Of a stretch of 64,000 bases of DNA, positions 20,327 through 30,882 are shown in pieces (within the stretch, counting starts at the first letter, position 1; every line of letters begins with the position of its first letter). The notes under the pieces are model-generated. The model did no database searches. It saw nothing but the letters and a program-made list of their open reading frames with translations, and had not been told where the DNA came from. This DNA is from Candidatus Peregrinibacteria bacterium CG1_02_54_53 (GTDB lineage Bacteria; Patescibacteriota; Gracilibacteria; Peribacterales; Peribacteraceae): positions 10,679 through 74,678 of the forward strand of contig MNWP01000006.1 of the NCBI GenBank assembly GCA_001872575.1, written 5' to 3'. The position numbers were made by a program, and so were the translations under genes.

Positions 20327-20416
20327 GATTGCAGTCTAGCGGTCAATGTGCATCGGATCCATGGAGCGTTTTCATTGCGTCAAAGCCTCCTCCATGGTTA
20401 CAGTGGCCATGTTCCC

Positions 20417-21109
20417 ATGCGTCTTTCCATCGTGCTTCCGTGTTTTAACGAGGAGCAGAACATTGCAGGCACGGTTGCCGATCTGCGTTCTTGGTACATG
20501 CGCGAAGGAATTTCATGTGAAATTGTGGCTGTGGATGACGGATCTATCGATGGCACATGGCGCGTGCTGCAGGAACTTGCGGCACAGAAGCAGGATATCC
20601 GCCTTGTGCAGCATGAGCATAATCAGGGCTATGGCAGTGCCGTGCGCTCGGGTTGCGATGCCGCGACAATGGACTTCGTTGGATTTATGGATAGTGACGG
20701 CCAGTTCAAGGCGGAGGATTGGAGCAAGCTCCTTCCGTTTCTACAGGAGTATCAGTACGTGACAGGTCGGCGACTGCATCGGGCAGATCCATTCATTCGC
20801 AAACTCAATGCAAAGCTCTTTGGCATTCTCACCTTTTTCGTATTAGGTGTATGGATTCGGGATATCAACTGTGCCATGAAAGTGTGGCACCGAGAGATCT
20901 GGCCGCGTATTCGTCCCGTGCACGCCACCGGGGCACTCATTAATGCCGAAATGTTCTATCAGCTTCACTGCTTGAAGATCCCGTGGAAAACGGTACCGGT
21001 AGGCCACTATCCGCGACTCAAAGGCGTTCAAACCGGAGCAAACCTGGGCGTAATTCTGCGCATGTTCCGTGATCTTCTGGCATTGCGGTGGAAGGGCTTT
21101 CGGCGCTAG
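20417..21109 (+). CDS. GT2 glycosyltransferase (DPM synthase-like)
   Basis: SIVLPCFNEE, DDGSID, NQGYG, MDSDGQF, DINCAMK. Confidence 0.92.
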   Translation: MRLSIVLPCFNEEQNIAGTVADLRSWYMREGISCEIVAVDDGSIDGTWRVLQELAAQKQDIRLVQHEHNQGYGSAVRSGCDAATMDFVGFMDSDGQFKAEDWSKLLPFLQEYQYVTGRRLHRADPFIRKLNAKLFGILTFFVLGVWIRDINCAMKVWHREIWPRIRPVHATGALINAEMFYQLHCLKIPWKTVPVGHYPRLKGVQTGANLGVILRMFRDLLALRWKGFRR

Positions 21110-22645
21110 TTACTTGTCTTGGCAGGGAACGGCAAGGCTACTCGTTTTGTCACACTTCACGCACGAGAGCTCCCAGAGATTGAAGAATGCGCGTCGTTTG
21201 AACTGCACGTCCGTTAAGGGCTGGTAGTACGTCAATGGCCGGTAAAATTGGAAGGCGCCGAAGATGAGCAGGCCCAGCACAAGCAGCCCCATTTTTTTAC
21301 CCTGCGTGCTGAAATCCCACTTCCAGAAACGCTTGAGTTCTAAGAAGACCAATCCCAGAATGATGAAGCTGAAGAAAAGCGGAGGAAAGTAGTGATACAG
21401 GTACATCACGCGGTCCAGTTGGCTGATGGCGATCATGTAGCAGACGTACAGCGTGACGAAGGTAGTCAGTAGGAACCGGTGTCTGAGGGGTTCCCTGAAT
21501 GGGAAGAAGAGCTGCGACAACAACATGCCGATGGCAAGCAGTATTGTGGCAAAGCTCACCCACCAAACGACAGGGTTCACCTGCAGGTAGAGGTAGCGGT
21601 AGTCGGTACCGTCGGGTGTCTCCCACCGGAAGTTGATGGATCGTGCGCCGAGTGGCCAGAAGTAGAAGGGGCTGCCGTTCTCATCTCCTTTACAAAGATC
21701 CAATCGTGGCACACCGCGGGCGTAGTGCGAGGTGAACTTGAGCGAATCACGCAGCATAACGGGGAACGAGCTGATCGAACGCGTGAGACCCTGATCAAGA
21801 ATGACTTTATACTCATCGGATGCCTGGTAATAACCGTTATCCGGCAGCGACGGGTTCACAATGTTCCCGATGGAAAAGTGCGCATACCACACGCCACAGA
21901 ACACCACGGCGAATGCGAGTGCCATGGCCCCGAGCATGCGGCCGATTTTCTGCTGTGCTGCCCGCAGATCCGCATGGCCTTCTGACCACAGTTTCCACAG
22001 GAGAAACGGCACGAGCAGAATCAAAATGAGGGCGGTGTCTTTCGTCGTCATGGCCGCACCGAAAGCGGCGCCAAAAAACGCCGCAGCAGTGAAGAATGCA
22101 TTGAAACGATCCCGGGTTTCCAAAAGGAGGAAGAATGCCAGAATGGTGAGCGCCATGAAAAAGAGCAGTGTCGAATCAAGCATGGCGCCACGGGCGTGCA
22201 CGATGAAGGCGTTGTCGAATATATAGAGGAATGAAAGAAGTGTGGATTGTTGCGGTTTTCGCGTCATGAGCAGGAATATCAAGTACAGCACCGGTGCGGT
22301 GAGCCATGCCAGCAAGGTGGGGAAAAACCGGTAGCCGACGAAGGAGAATCCTTCGGGTAAATCGCGGGCGTAATCGGTGTTGATGAACTGATTGCCGAAG
22401 GGGTTGGGGTGATAAATTTTCTCGCCCAATGCGATGAGAAGCTTGGCGAGGGGAGGATGCGGTTCCATGAAATACACACCGTTCAGGTACTTCTGTGCAC
22501 TGGCGATGTGGTAGTTCTCATCCCAGAAGAGTTGTGGGGGATAATTGTAATTCTGGAAATAGGTGAGGTAACTCAAGAGGAGTACCAGGAGACCGAAGAG
22601 CACGGCCGGGCGCGCGATGGCTTCTTTAATTTTGGCAACGTTCAT
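21110..22645 (-). CDS. Protein O-mannosyltransferase-like (PMT/GT39)
   Basis: FWDENYH, HPPLAK, NPVVWW, RVMYLYHYFP; an alternative start at 22729 is possible. Confidence 0.88.
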   Translation of the reverse strand: MNVAKIKEAIARPAVLFGLLVLLLSYLTYFQNYNYPPQLFWDENYHIASAQKYLNGVYFMEPHPPLAKLLIALGEKIYHPNPFGNQFINTDYARDLPEGFSFVGYRFFPTLLAWLTAPVLYLIFLLMTRKPQQSTLLSFLYIFDNAFIVHARGAMLDSTLLFFMALTILAFFLLLETRDRFNAFFTAAAFFGAAFGAAMTTKDTALILILLVPFLLWKLWSEGHADLRAAQQKIGRMLGAMALAFAVVFCGVWYAHFSIGNIVNPSLPDNGYYQASDEYKVILDQGLTRSISSFPVMLRDSLKFTSHYARGVPRLDLCKGDENGSPFYFWPLGARSINFRWETPDGTDYRYLYLQVNPVVWWVSFATILLAIGMLLSQLFFPFREPLRHRFLLTTFVTLYVCYMIAISQLDRVMYLYHYFPPLFFSFIILGLVFLELKRFWKWDFSTQGKKMGLLVLGLLIFGAFQFYRPLTYYQPLTDVQFKRRAFFNLWELSCVKCDKTSSLAVPCQDK

Positions 22646-22787
22646 GCCGGCCAGTGTAAATGGTTCCTCACTATCCGCCAATTGCCAATTGGGGAAATAT
22701 TCCGTTGCAGATGTCTCTGACGGCTCCATGGAGCGTATTTTGCAGAAATCACGTGCCAGCCGGCATCTGCTTCGCTATTCTGTAGCC

Positions 22788-24713
22788 ATGGCTGTAGCGC
22801 GCGGACGACCCCCCGGAGGCAGACAGCAGATTCTCGGAATTCTGCTCTTTGTCATTCTCGTGGGGATGTCGATTTACTCCATCATGTCTCCCGCACGTTC
22901 CGATCAGGCGCAGGAGGCGCAGGCACGCGAGGTGCCTTTGAGCGAGATCACGCGGGGGTATGCCGATAAAGCTTTCACCAAGATCGCCATTCGCGACAAC
23001 AAGGTCTTTGCCACCATGTCCTCGGGCTCCCTCTTAAGTTCATACAAAGAATCCACCGATTCTGTGAGCGATTTGGGCTGGAACGACCCCAGGAATCCCA
23101 CGGTTGTCGAGGTTGAAAATCGCGAAGCCGCGAATATCTTTTTGGCGATTCTTCCGGATCTTCTCTTCTTTCTGCTTATCATCGGCGGGGTGATCTGGCT
23201 CTTTCGTGGCATTGCACGCAGTCAGAGTACGGCGCTCTCTTTCGGCAAATCACGTGCTCGTGTGGCAGATGCCACACAGGTGAAGTCACGCTTCGTCGAT
23301 GTCGCCGGATGCAAAGAGGCCAAAGAAGATCTGGTGGAAGTGGTGGATTTTCTCAAGAATCCGCGCAAGTACATCAATCTGGGGGCAAAAATTCCCAAGG
23401 GGGTTCTTCTCGTGGGATCTCCGGGCACCGGCAAGACGCTGCTTGCCCGTGCCGTAGCCGGTGAAGCGGGCGTGCCGTTCTTTTCGATGGCGGGTTCCGA
23501 GTTCGTCGAGATGTTCGTTGGCGTGGGGGCCAGCCGCGTGCGGGATCTCTTTCTTCGTGCCAAACGCAATTCGCCGAGCATCATCTTCATCGATGAGATC
23601 GATGCCGTGGGGCGCCAGCGCGGCGGAGCGGGATTTGGCGGCGGGCACGATGAGCGCGAGCAGACGCTCAATCAGATTCTTACCGAGATGGATGGTTTTG
23701 AGCAGGGGACGAATGTAATCGTCATTGCCGCGACCAATCGGCCGGATGTGCTGGATATCGCACTGCTCCGGCCCGGGCGCTTCGACCGCCGCATTTTCAT
23801 CGACAAGCCCGATCTCGAGGCACGCGAGCAGATTCTGCGGGTGCATTGTCGCAATAAGAAGCTGGCCAAGGGCGTGCGGCTGCACGACATCGCCAAGCAG
23901 ACCGTGGGGCTTACCGGTGCGGATCTCGAGAACATCATGAACGAGGCGGCGATCTTCGCCGCCAAGCGCCAGCATGTCTCGCTCACGCAGCGTGACCTGG
24001 TGGATGCCACCGAGAAGGTGACGGTGGGTCCCGAAAAGCGCTCACGCAAGCTGACCCCGCACGAGAAAGAGATTACGGCCTATCACGAGCTCGGCCATGC
24101 GATTGTGGGGCATCTGTGTCCCCAGAGTGATCAACTGCACAAGATTTCGATTGTTTCGCGCGGCGCGGCATTGGGCGTGACATGGTTCCTGCCACAAGAA
24201 GACACTTACACGACCAGTCGCAGCAAGTTTCTCGATGAGATTTGCGGGCTCCTCGGCGGTCGCGCCGCCGAGAAACTCGTCTTCGACGAGATTACGACCG
24301 GTGCAAGTTCCGATATTGAGCGCGCATCGCAAATTGCCCGTGCAATGGCCATGCGTTACGGAATGGGCGATGGCGACCTTGGTCCGGTTTCGTATGGAGA
24401 GAAGCAGGGGACGATGTTCCTTGGCGCGGAGGCGGCGGTTGCCCGCAACTACTCCGAGGAGATGGCTCGCAAGATCGACGAATTCGTGAAGAAAACCCTT
24501 CAGGATCAGTACGAGCGGGCGGTGGAATTTTTGCAGCAACATGAGAGCAAACTGGAGTCACTGGCAAAAGTTCTGATGAAGAAAGAGACCATGACCGTCG
24601 ACGAGTTCCTCGATATTTTCGAGGGGCGCAAAGAGGTCCCCGATACGCCAGAAGAGCCGGAAGTCGAAGAATCGTTATCTGAGGAAGAAACCGAGGGAAC
24701 CGCCACGGTCTGA
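22788..24713 (+). CDS. ftsH: ATP-dependent zinc metalloprotease FtsH
   Basis: Two [33 protein letters not shown]. Confidence 0.98.
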   Translation: MAVARGRPPGGRQQILGILLFVILVGMSIYSIMSPARSDQAQEAQAREVPLSEITRGYADKAFTKIAIRDNKVFATMSSGSLLSSYKESTDSVSDLGWNDPRNPTVVEVENREAANIFLAILPDLLFFLLIIGGVIWLFRGIARSQSTALSFGKSRARVADATQVKSRFVDVAGCKEAKEDLVEVVDFLKNPRKYINLGAKIPKGVLLVGSPGTGKTLLARAVAGEAGVPFFSMAGSEFVEMFVGVGASRVRDLFLRAKRNSPSIIFIDEIDAVGRQRGGAGFGGGHDEREQTLNQILTEMDGFEQGTNVIVIAATNRPDVLDIALLRPGRFDRRIFIDKPDLEAREQILRVHCRNKKLAKGVRLHDIAKQTVGLTGADLENIMNEAAIFAAKRQHVSLTQRDLVDATEKVTVGPEKRSRKLTPHEKEITAYHELGHAIVGHLCPQSDQLHKISIVSRGAALGVTWFLPQEDTYTTSRSKFLDEICGLLGGRAAEKLVFDEITTGASSDIERASQIARAMAMRYGMGDGDLGPVSYGEKQGTMFLGAEAAVARNYSEEMARKIDEFVKKTLQDQYERAVEFLQQHESKLESLAKVLMKKETMTVDEFLDIFEGRKEVPDTPEEPEVEESLSEEETEGTATV

Positions 24714-25628
24714 CCTCAGATTCCCCCGTGATGTGCGAGGAGCATCGTGCTTCCGAAGTGTGCGATGCGCGCGGGTGGCCGGTGTGAGGTTTGCCGGTTT
24801 TTTTGCCAGAATATAGAGGCATGTGGTGAACCAGAGTAGTGGCCAACTCAAGGGCCAGAGAACAAGGTGCCGCAGGGAGAACAAATCAATGGTGTTATGA
24901 CGTTTCCGTTTCTTGAGCAGAGCGCGAATCACACACTGCGCAATGTATGTCCGGTAGATGCGATGTAATTCAATGAGCGTGTAGAGCATCAAATGCCATC
25001 GGAGGCTGCTTCTGGTTTTTCGCTGTAAAACGCGCAATTCTCCGATGCGGTTGCCACGGACCATTGCGCGGAACAGCACTTCCACATCGAAGGCGTAACT
25101 GGTTGTCTGGAGCCTGGAGAACGCCGCTTTCGCCACGGATGCGCGGAAGATCTTCATCGGTGCCTGCGTATCATGGTAGGGCATGCGAAAGAGCAGGAAT
25201 GCGATCATGTGGAAAATCGTATGGGCCAGACGTCGCATCCAGTTCGTATGGTAGATTTTGCGCCAGGCGATGACGGCTTTCAGTGAGTAATCGCGCTCAA
25301 GCCATTTGAGTCCCCGCGTGACGTTGGATGGATCGATAGCCATATCGGCATCGATGAAAGCGATTAATTGCCCGCGTGCGGAAAGTACACCGCTCCGCAC
25401 CGCGACACCCTTGCCCCGGCGCATGCGATGGTGGATGACACGCACATGCTGTCGCTGTGCAGTGATGCGCGAGAGAAAGCGTGTCGTTTCATCCGTACTC
25501 CCGTCCACTACGATAATCACCTCGGTGTCTTTCGGACACACGCGACGGATACGCTCAATCGTGGCCGGCAGGCACTCCCCATTGTTATAGGAGGGGAGGA
25601 TGATCGAGAGCAAAGGAGTGTTAGTCAT
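24675..25628 (-). CDS. GT2 glycosyltransferase (ALG5/DPM-like)
   Basis: SIILPSYN, VDGSTD, GKGVAV, IDADM, DTQAPMK, FDVEVL. Confidence 0.88.
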   Translation of the reverse strand: MTNTPLLSIILPSYNNGECLPATIERIRRVCPKDTEVIIVVDGSTDETTRFLSRITAQRQHVRVIHHRMRRGKGVAVRSGVLSARGQLIAFIDADMAIDPSNVTRGLKWLERDYSLKAVIAWRKIYHTNWMRRLAHTIFHMIAFLLFRMPYHDTQAPMKIFRASVAKAAFSRLQTTSYAFDVEVLFRAMVRGNRIGELRVLQRKTRSSLRWHLMLYTLIELHRIYRTYIAQCVIRALLKKRKRHNTIDLFSLRHLVLWPLSWPLLWFTTCLYILAKKPANLTPATRAHRTLRKHDAPRTSRGNLRSDRGGSLGFFLR

Positions 25629-25750
25629 GTGTTTGGTTAATTATAACATATTATTAGATAATTGTTAATTATTCGCTATTTACACACTCCTGAACGATAT
25701 ACGTGATTTCACCTTGGGAATTGCCCGTTTTCTTGGTACACTGTCAGCCC

Positions 25751-27064
25751 ATGGACGAGCTTTCTCCTCTGGATGGGCGCTACCGCAGGAAGACCGAGGT
25801 GCTGCGTCCGTTTTTCAGCGAAGAAGCCCTCATGCGCGCGAGAGCGGAGGTGGAAATGCGCTATTTTCTTGCGCTCGCCGCAGAACCGCGTATCCGTGAT
25901 CTGCCAAGACTCAAGGCAAAGCAAGTGAATGCTCTCATGAAAATTATTGAGCGCTTTTCTGCGAAAGATGCTGCCGCCATTCGCGGATTCGAACGTAAGA
26001 CGAATCACGATGTGAAGGCGGTGGAATATTTCCTTCAGTCGAAGCTTGCGCGCATTGCCGGCCTTAAGGCACGCACATCATTTCTGCACTTCGCCCTTAC
26101 CAGTGAAGACGTAAACAATCTTGCCTACGGAATCCTCGTTCATCGTGCCGTCAAAACTGTCATCCTCCCAGATTTGAACGTGCTTCATCGCACTCTGGCG
26201 GCTATGGCCAAACGTTTGCGTAATGTGCCCATGCTCAGTTTTACACACGGCCAACCCGCCACACCTACGACGCCGGGCAAAGAGATCGCCGTTTTCGCCG
26301 ATCGGTTAAAACGGCAAATTATGCAATTGAAATCTTTCCGCATGCAGGGAAAATTTGGCGGAGCCGTGGGGAACTACGCCGCACACCGTATCGCCTACCC
26401 TGACGTGCAGTGGGAGGTTTTTGGTCGCAAATTCATGCGTTCTCTCGGCCTTGATCCGCTCACTCACACGACGCAGATCAATCCGCACGACGATCTGGCA
26501 GAGCTCAGTCACATTATGGTTCGTATGAACACGATTCTGCTCGACTACAGTCGCGATGCCTGGCTCTACATCTCCCGCGGGGTCTTTGCACAGAAGCTGG
26601 TGGCAGGGGAGGTTGGCTCCTCCACCATGCCGCACAAGGTGAACCCCATTGATTTTGAAAATGCCGAAGGCAATCTGGGCCTCTCGACGGCACTCTTCTC
26701 ACATTTTGCTCAGAAACTTCCGGTGAGCAGGTTGCAGCGCGATCTTTCTGATTCCACAGTCCAACGCAACATTGGTGTCGCTTTCGGCTATCACCTGTTG
26801 GCTGTGGCTTCTCTGCTCAAGGGCATTGGTAAACTTACTGTGGACCGCGGCACACTGAAGCACGAGCTCGATATGCATCCGGAGGTGCTGGCCGAGGCGA
26901 TACAGATTCTCCTGCGTAAGCACGGCGTAGACAGCGCCTACGAGCAGCTCAAGAAGGTCACACGGGGGGCAAAAGTTACACGTGCGTCGCTTCTGGAGTT
27001 TGCCGCGACGCTCCCGCTTACCAAGGCGGAACTTCAGCAGCTGAAGCACTGGCCGGTTGTCTGA
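25751..27064 (+). CDS. purB: Adenylosuccinate lyase
   Basis: LSPLDGRY, TNHDVKAVEY, THGQPATPTT, GSSTMPHKVNPIDFEN. Confidence 0.97.
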   Translation: MDELSPLDGRYRRKTEVLRPFFSEEALMRARAEVEMRYFLALAAEPRIRDLPRLKAKQVNALMKIIERFSAKDAAAIRGFERKTNHDVKAVEYFLQSKLARIAGLKARTSFLHFALTSEDVNNLAYGILVHRAVKTVILPDLNVLHRTLAAMAKRLRNVPMLSFTHGQPATPTTPGKEIAVFADRLKRQIMQLKSFRMQGKFGGAVGNYAAHRIAYPDVQWEVFGRKFMRSLGLDPLTHTTQINPHDDLAELSHIMVRMNTILLDYSRDAWLYISRGVFAQKLVAGEVGSSTMPHKVNPIDFENAEGNLGLSTALFSHFAQKLPVSRLQRDLSDSTVQRNIGVAFGYHLLAVASLLKGIGKLTVDRGTLKHELDMHPEVLAEAIQILLRKHGVDSAYEQLKKVTRGAKVTRASLLEFAATLPLTKAELQQLKHWPVV

Positions 27065-27079
27065 TTGACCTGTTTTCTG

Positions 27080-27107
27080 TTGCTCCCATCGGGCGCATTG
27101 GTATGCT
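27080..27107 (+). promoter_or_regulatory. Putative sigma70 promoter of tRNA-Leu
   Basis: TTGCTC-16 nt-TATGCT with an extended TG, 15 nt upstream of the tRNA. Confidence 0.35.
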
Positions 27108-27118
27108 GCTCTTAAGCC

Positions 27119-28846
27119 TCATGCCGTGGTGGCGGAATTGGTAGACGCGCTAGCTTGAGGGGCTAGTGTCCGTTCTAGGACATGGGAGTTCGAGTCTCCC
27201 CCACGGCACCAAAGTTTCAGAACAGGCGAAAAATGAGCCTCCGCCTGTTTTTCGTCATGTTCTATGGCATCGGAGACTGTTTCTAACCGCATGTTTTGCC
27301 GAGCGAAGATCGCCTTGGCATCAAAGATAGTGGCAAACGGCTCTGCCAAGCTGAAAGTCAGCTTTCTGTCTTTGAGTTCTAACCGTTGTCCGAGCAGACC
27401 GAGAATCTCAATCTTCACTTTCCGTGAACTGGTTGCATATTTCTCTTTGAGTTTCTGCGTGATGCTGAGCGCAGTGATGATCTCCTGTGTCCACTGTGAG
27501 GCATTGGCATCAAAGTCTTGAATGAGCGCTGCTTGGTGCTTCTTGTCCTTCTCCATCTGTTCCAGCTTCGGCTTGAACGTTTCTTCGGGCAGTGCGGTTG
27601 CTTCATCCAATTGTCTGTCCACCAATCTGTCTATCTTGCTCACAAGCCCCTTGTAGTCCTCTTGGTACTTCCTGAGGGTCTGCCTATGCTGATGCTTCCT
27701 GTCCGTCTGTGTCGCTCTGAGCTTCCTGAGTGTCCATTTCAACAGTGGCTCAGGAACATTCACAGTATCAACAACGGTAGCCAATTGCCGTTCAAGGTCG
27801 GGCTCCGTGGTGGAGCCCGACTGTTTGCACTGGCAACCCTTGCTGCGCTTTGAGCAGCGGTAGTACCTATACTCTCTCGTTTTGCCTTCTTGCTTGATGT
27901 ACTTCCTCTTCACATCCACGATGATCTTGCAGTTGCACTTGCCACAACACTCGCCGCAGTGGATGAGCCTGGAATAGGGAACCTCATTTTTGTGTGGTCG
28001 AGGTCTGCCTTTTCTCCCAAGTATTTCCTGCGCCTGATCGTATTCTGCAATGGAAATCATGGGTTTGTGCAGCCCTTGGCAGATTTCCCCATCCCACACA
28101 AACTCACCGTAGTAGAAAGGATTGGTGAAGACTTGGTAGAGAGTATTCCTGCTGAGCGGCCTTGACCCTTTTTTGCGCGAACCGAGAATAGTGAGTTTGA
28201 GTTTCTTCGTTGCATACGCAGTGATCTCAGGAACGGTCTTCGTTCCTGTGAGAAGCAAGTCCCAGCATGTTCGGACTTTCTCAAACCTTTCTGGGTCTAC
28301 AAACACCGCCCGTTCACCTTTGAGACCGTGGTAGTCGGGCAAGTAACCGATTGGAGAAACGCCGGGCTTCCAGCCCATCTTTGCTTTTTGCTTCATGCCT
28401 CGCTTCACATCCTTACCAAGGTCTATGGAGTACTGCGTTGCCATGCCGAACTCCAAGAGCATCATCAAGATGTTGTCACCGGGGAGATAGGTACGCTCTG
28501 GCGTGATGATGGCCTTGATGATTCCTTCTTGCAGCATCCACTGTATTTCGCCAGCCTCAATGGAGTTTCTAGCGAGTCGGTTGAGCTTCCAGCAGTAGAG
28601 CACCTCGATGATTCCCGCGAGGAAATCTTTGATCATCTGCTTATATTCATCTCGTTTACCGGGTTGCTTCGCTGACTTCTCCTCCGTGTACTTTTTGACG
28701 AGAGTATCTCCGGTTCGCTGGAGGATTTTCATGTTTTCCTCCTCCTGCCCCTCGGTGGAGAGGATTTGTTTCTCATCTCCTTCGGAGCTTTTACGGCAGT
28801 ACATCCCTGCCTTTCGGGATGCTTGGAATGTTGAGAACATGGTCAT
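27119..28846 (-). CDS. Large serine recombinase (integrase); 3' end runs antisense through the tRNA
   Basis: YCRKSS catalytic motif, WKLNRLARN, PIGY, NPFYYG, HKPMIS recombinase domain, Cys-rich Zn ribbon, coiled coil. Confidence 0.95.
   Translation of the reverse strand: MTMFSTFQASRKAGMYCRKSSEGDEKQILSTEGQEEENMKILQRTGDTLVKKYTEEKSAKQPGKRDEYKQMIKDFLAGIIEVLYCWKLNRLARNSIEAGEIQWMLQEGIIKAIITPERTYLPGDNILMMLLEFGMATQYSIDLGKDVKRGMKQKAKMGWKPGVSPIGYLPDYHGLKGERAVFVDPERFEKVRTCWDLLLTGTKTVPEITAYATKKLKLTILGSRKKGSRPLSRNTLYQVFTNPFYYGEFVWDGEICQGLHKPMISIAEYDQAQEILGRKGRPRPHKNEVPYSRLIHCGECCGKCNCKIIVDVKRKYIKQEGKTREYRYYRCSKRSKGCQCKQSGSTTEPDLERQLATVVDTVNVPEPLLKWTLRKLRATQTDRKHQHRQTLRKYQEDYKGLVSKIDRLVDRQLDEATALPEETFKPKLEQMEKDKKHQAALIQDFDANASQWTQEIITALSITQKLKEKYATSSRKVKIEILGLLGQRLELKDRKLTFSLAEPFATIFDAKAIFARQNMRLETVSDAIEHDEKQAEAHFSPVLKLWCRGGDSNSHVLERTLAPQASASTNSATTA
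27123..27211 (+). tRNA. tRNA-Leu (anticodon GAG), CCA encoded
   Basis: Acceptor stem gccgtgg/ccacggc, D-loop aattggtag, anticodon arm ctagc-ttGAGgg-gctag, long variable arm, T-loop gttcgag. Confidence 0.96.
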
Positions 28847-28868
28847 GGGGGGTAGTGATGTAGAAATG

Positions 28869-28980
28869 CCCAAAGAAGGCAGTCCTGGGACTCACATCAG
28901 CCAGAAGCCTCTGTGCAGGACTGCCATCTTTGGGGGCAGCAAAACACTGACTTCTGACGCGGTGATGTGAGTCCGCAGGA
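28869..28980 (-). promoter_or_regulatory. Structured leader with two interleaved stems upstream of the recombinase
   Basis: 28869-28887 pairs with 28916-28934 (18/19); 28888-28899 pairs with 28963-28974 (12/12). Confidence 0.65.
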
Positions 28981-28981
28981 A

Positions 28982-30235
28982 TCATAGCACAGGCGAGGGA
29001 AGAATGAGAGAGCGAAACTTGGGGTGTGGTTCGTATATCCACGTTTTCCCGTCAATATCCTTCACCCGTTGCAAAACACCGAGATAGACCAACTGGTCTA
29101 GGTGACGTTTCACGGTCTTGTAGTTTTTATCCAGGATGTCCGAGCCTTCCTTTGCGGTCACCTTTGATTCCGCATGGAAGACACTCAGTGCCTCTGCACG
29201 TTGCACTGGCATTGAAGATAGAGCCACTCGTTTGGCAGTAAGGAACTCCTGCTGCGTCACCTCTTCCTTGCCTTTGAGTATGGCAAGAGAACGACAGAGT
29301 GCTTTGAGTTGATGCAGCGCACGGAACGGTTCTTCTTTCTGTATTTCCTCGACCTCCTCAAATGTCTTCACTTCACCCTCTTCCGTTTCAAATTGTTGAG
29401 TGCGTGTACGCACCTCTCCACGGGCTCTTGCGACCAGTTCGGCAAGGAGGTTGAGTTGCCTCCGAATCTCCTCTGCTACTGGCTGCAACTGCACTCGGTA
29501 TTTACGGATTCCTCCACAAAGTGAAGTGATATAATCGGATGCAGTCTGCGATGCGGCAGTAATGCGCTCTTTGAGGTCTTCTGACCAAGCAATTCCAAAA
29601 CACTCTTCACGCTGCTCATCATTCAACTCTGAGACACGGATGGTGAGGAAACGAGCGCCCACTTGATTCATGTACCTTTGCCTCTGGCTGAGACCCATCG
29701 GAGTAACACAGCCGATGTGTGAAAAGGCAGCTTCATAGCGAATCGTGCCACGGGCTCCACTGTGTTTGGAAAAATTGCCATCGTAGATACTGACCAGATC
29801 GCTGAGAAGTTGTTTCACCGTCTCCTCACTGCGCCCGAAAAATGAGGTGTAGTCCTTCACGATGAAACACTTGCCATCGAGTTTCGGCAGCAAATCCTGG
29901 GGCTTTTCCTTGTTACTGAGTCCACTGATGAAAGGATTGGTGGTCAGCACGTCAATCATCACCGTGTCCACTGCCTTCGCAAGGAGCGTGACAAGTTGCG
30001 TCTTATTGGACGAAGGATTGCCGACCAGCATGATCCATATAGGGTTACGCTTCTCTATCTCCTTGCTAATGTAGGCGGCAAGTACGACCTCAACCAAGTC
30101 ATCATCCAGGAGACCGATTGTGCGTGTGCGTTCCAGCACATCCTCCAAGAGGAGGGGCGGGGTAGTGCCGCCCTTAGGAGTTTCTGTCCTTTGCGTTGGC
30201 AATGGTGAACTACCTATGGTCTGCGACTCTGACAT
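28982..30235 (-). CDS. MCM-like AAA+ ATPase/helicase with C-terminal wHTH
   Basis: Walker A-like GNPSSNKT, IVKD, IYDG..KHSG, GARF arginine-finger region, terminal KNYKTVKRHLDQLVYLGVL. Confidence 0.7.
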   Translation of the reverse strand: MSESQTIGSSPLPTQRTETPKGGTTPPLLLEDVLERTRTIGLLDDDLVEVVLAAYISKEIEKRNPIWIMLVGNPSSNKTQLVTLLAKAVDTVMIDVLTTNPFISGLSNKEKPQDLLPKLDGKCFIVKDYTSFFGRSEETVKQLLSDLVSIYDGNFSKHSGARGTIRYEAAFSHIGCVTPMGLSQRQRYMNQVGARFLTIRVSELNDEQREECFGIAWSEDLKERITAASQTASDYITSLCGGIRKYRVQLQPVAEEIRRQLNLLAELVARARGEVRTRTQQFETEEGEVKTFEEVEEIQKEEPFRALHQLKALCRSLAILKGKEEVTQQEFLTAKRVALSSMPVQRAEALSVFHAESKVTAKEGSDILDKNYKTVKRHLDQLVYLGVLQRVKDIDGKTWIYEPHPKFRSLILPSPVL

Positions 30236-30375
30236 TGAAGGAGTTGGGAAAGGGGAACGAGTTTCCATCTCTTGAATCGAGGGCTGGTTGCACCCGTGTA
30301 CGCTTCCGTCCATGTCAGTTCTTCGTCAAGGACAAGGACTTTTGGCTCTATGGTGTCTGAGCTAAAATGGGGCAT
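30214..30375 (-). CDS. Possible small hypothetical protein (53 aa)
   Basis: MPHFSSDTIEPKVLVLDEELTW... fills a gap in the co-directional operon. Confidence 0.3.
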   Translation of the reverse strand: MPHFSSDTIEPKVLVLDEELTWTEAYTGATSPRFKRWKLVPLSQLLQCQSRRP

Positions 30376-30430
30376 GTTCAATAGGGAAAAGAATCAAAGA
30401 TGCTAACTCCATCGGGGTTCTTTTCCTGTG

Positions 30431-30595
30431 CTAAGGAGGCTCTTCGTGATCGGGAATAGAGGGGTCAATCGCAAACTGCACCAACGCAATGAGCTTGGTT
30501 GCATAAGTCCTCGCCTGATCGTCGGTGATCTGCTTACCCGTGGCTTGTAACCAGGCCTCCTTGAAACTGCCGATGTCTGTATCGGTCAGGTTCAT
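30431..30595 (-). CDS. Small hypothetical protein (54 aa), not in the ORF track
   Basis: MNLTDTDIGSFKEAWLQATGKQITDDQARTYATKLIALVQFA...; ATGA coupling to the upstream gene. Confidence 0.7.
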   Translation of the reverse strand: MNLTDTDIGSFKEAWLQATGKQITDDQARTYATKLIALVQFAIDPSIPDHEEPP

Positions 30596-30837
30596 GGCTG
30601 AGACCAGAGAAGGGATTTGAGATGCTTGTGTGATGCCAGCAGACGAGAAGGCACCATTGACACCTCCCTTCCGCTTGCGAAAATCTGCAACAGCTTTTGA
30701 ATGTCTGCCGTATGCTCAAACTGAAACTCACTCCTCCTTTCATCAATCCTTTCAATCTTTACCAGTGGGATTCCTGCTGCATGGAGGAACGATGCCTGTG
30801 GTAAATCTGACGTATTGTACGTCTCATGTGTACTCAT
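30592..30837 (-). CDS. DUF5659-like small protein
   Basis: YNTSDLPQASFL...FQFE...HKHLKSLL pattern. Confidence 0.7.
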   Translation of the reverse strand: MSTHETYNTSDLPQASFLHAAGIPLVKIERIDERRSEFQFEHTADIQKLLQIFASGREVSMVPSRLLASHKHLKSLLWSQP

Positions 30838-30882
30838 GCCCGGCAGCATGAGCGGGAAACTTTTTGACCGAGAAAGAACCTT

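Noticed and set aside
24675-24713. Convergent 3' overlap of ftsH and a GT2 gene
   Set aside because: Short tail overlaps are common in compact genomes.
28847-28984. ATPase and integrase share a frame separated only by two TGA codons (readthrough or code 25 fusion)
   Set aside because: TGA is clearly a stop elsewhere, including ATGA-coupled genes inside the element. Sharing a frame has a one-in-three chance.
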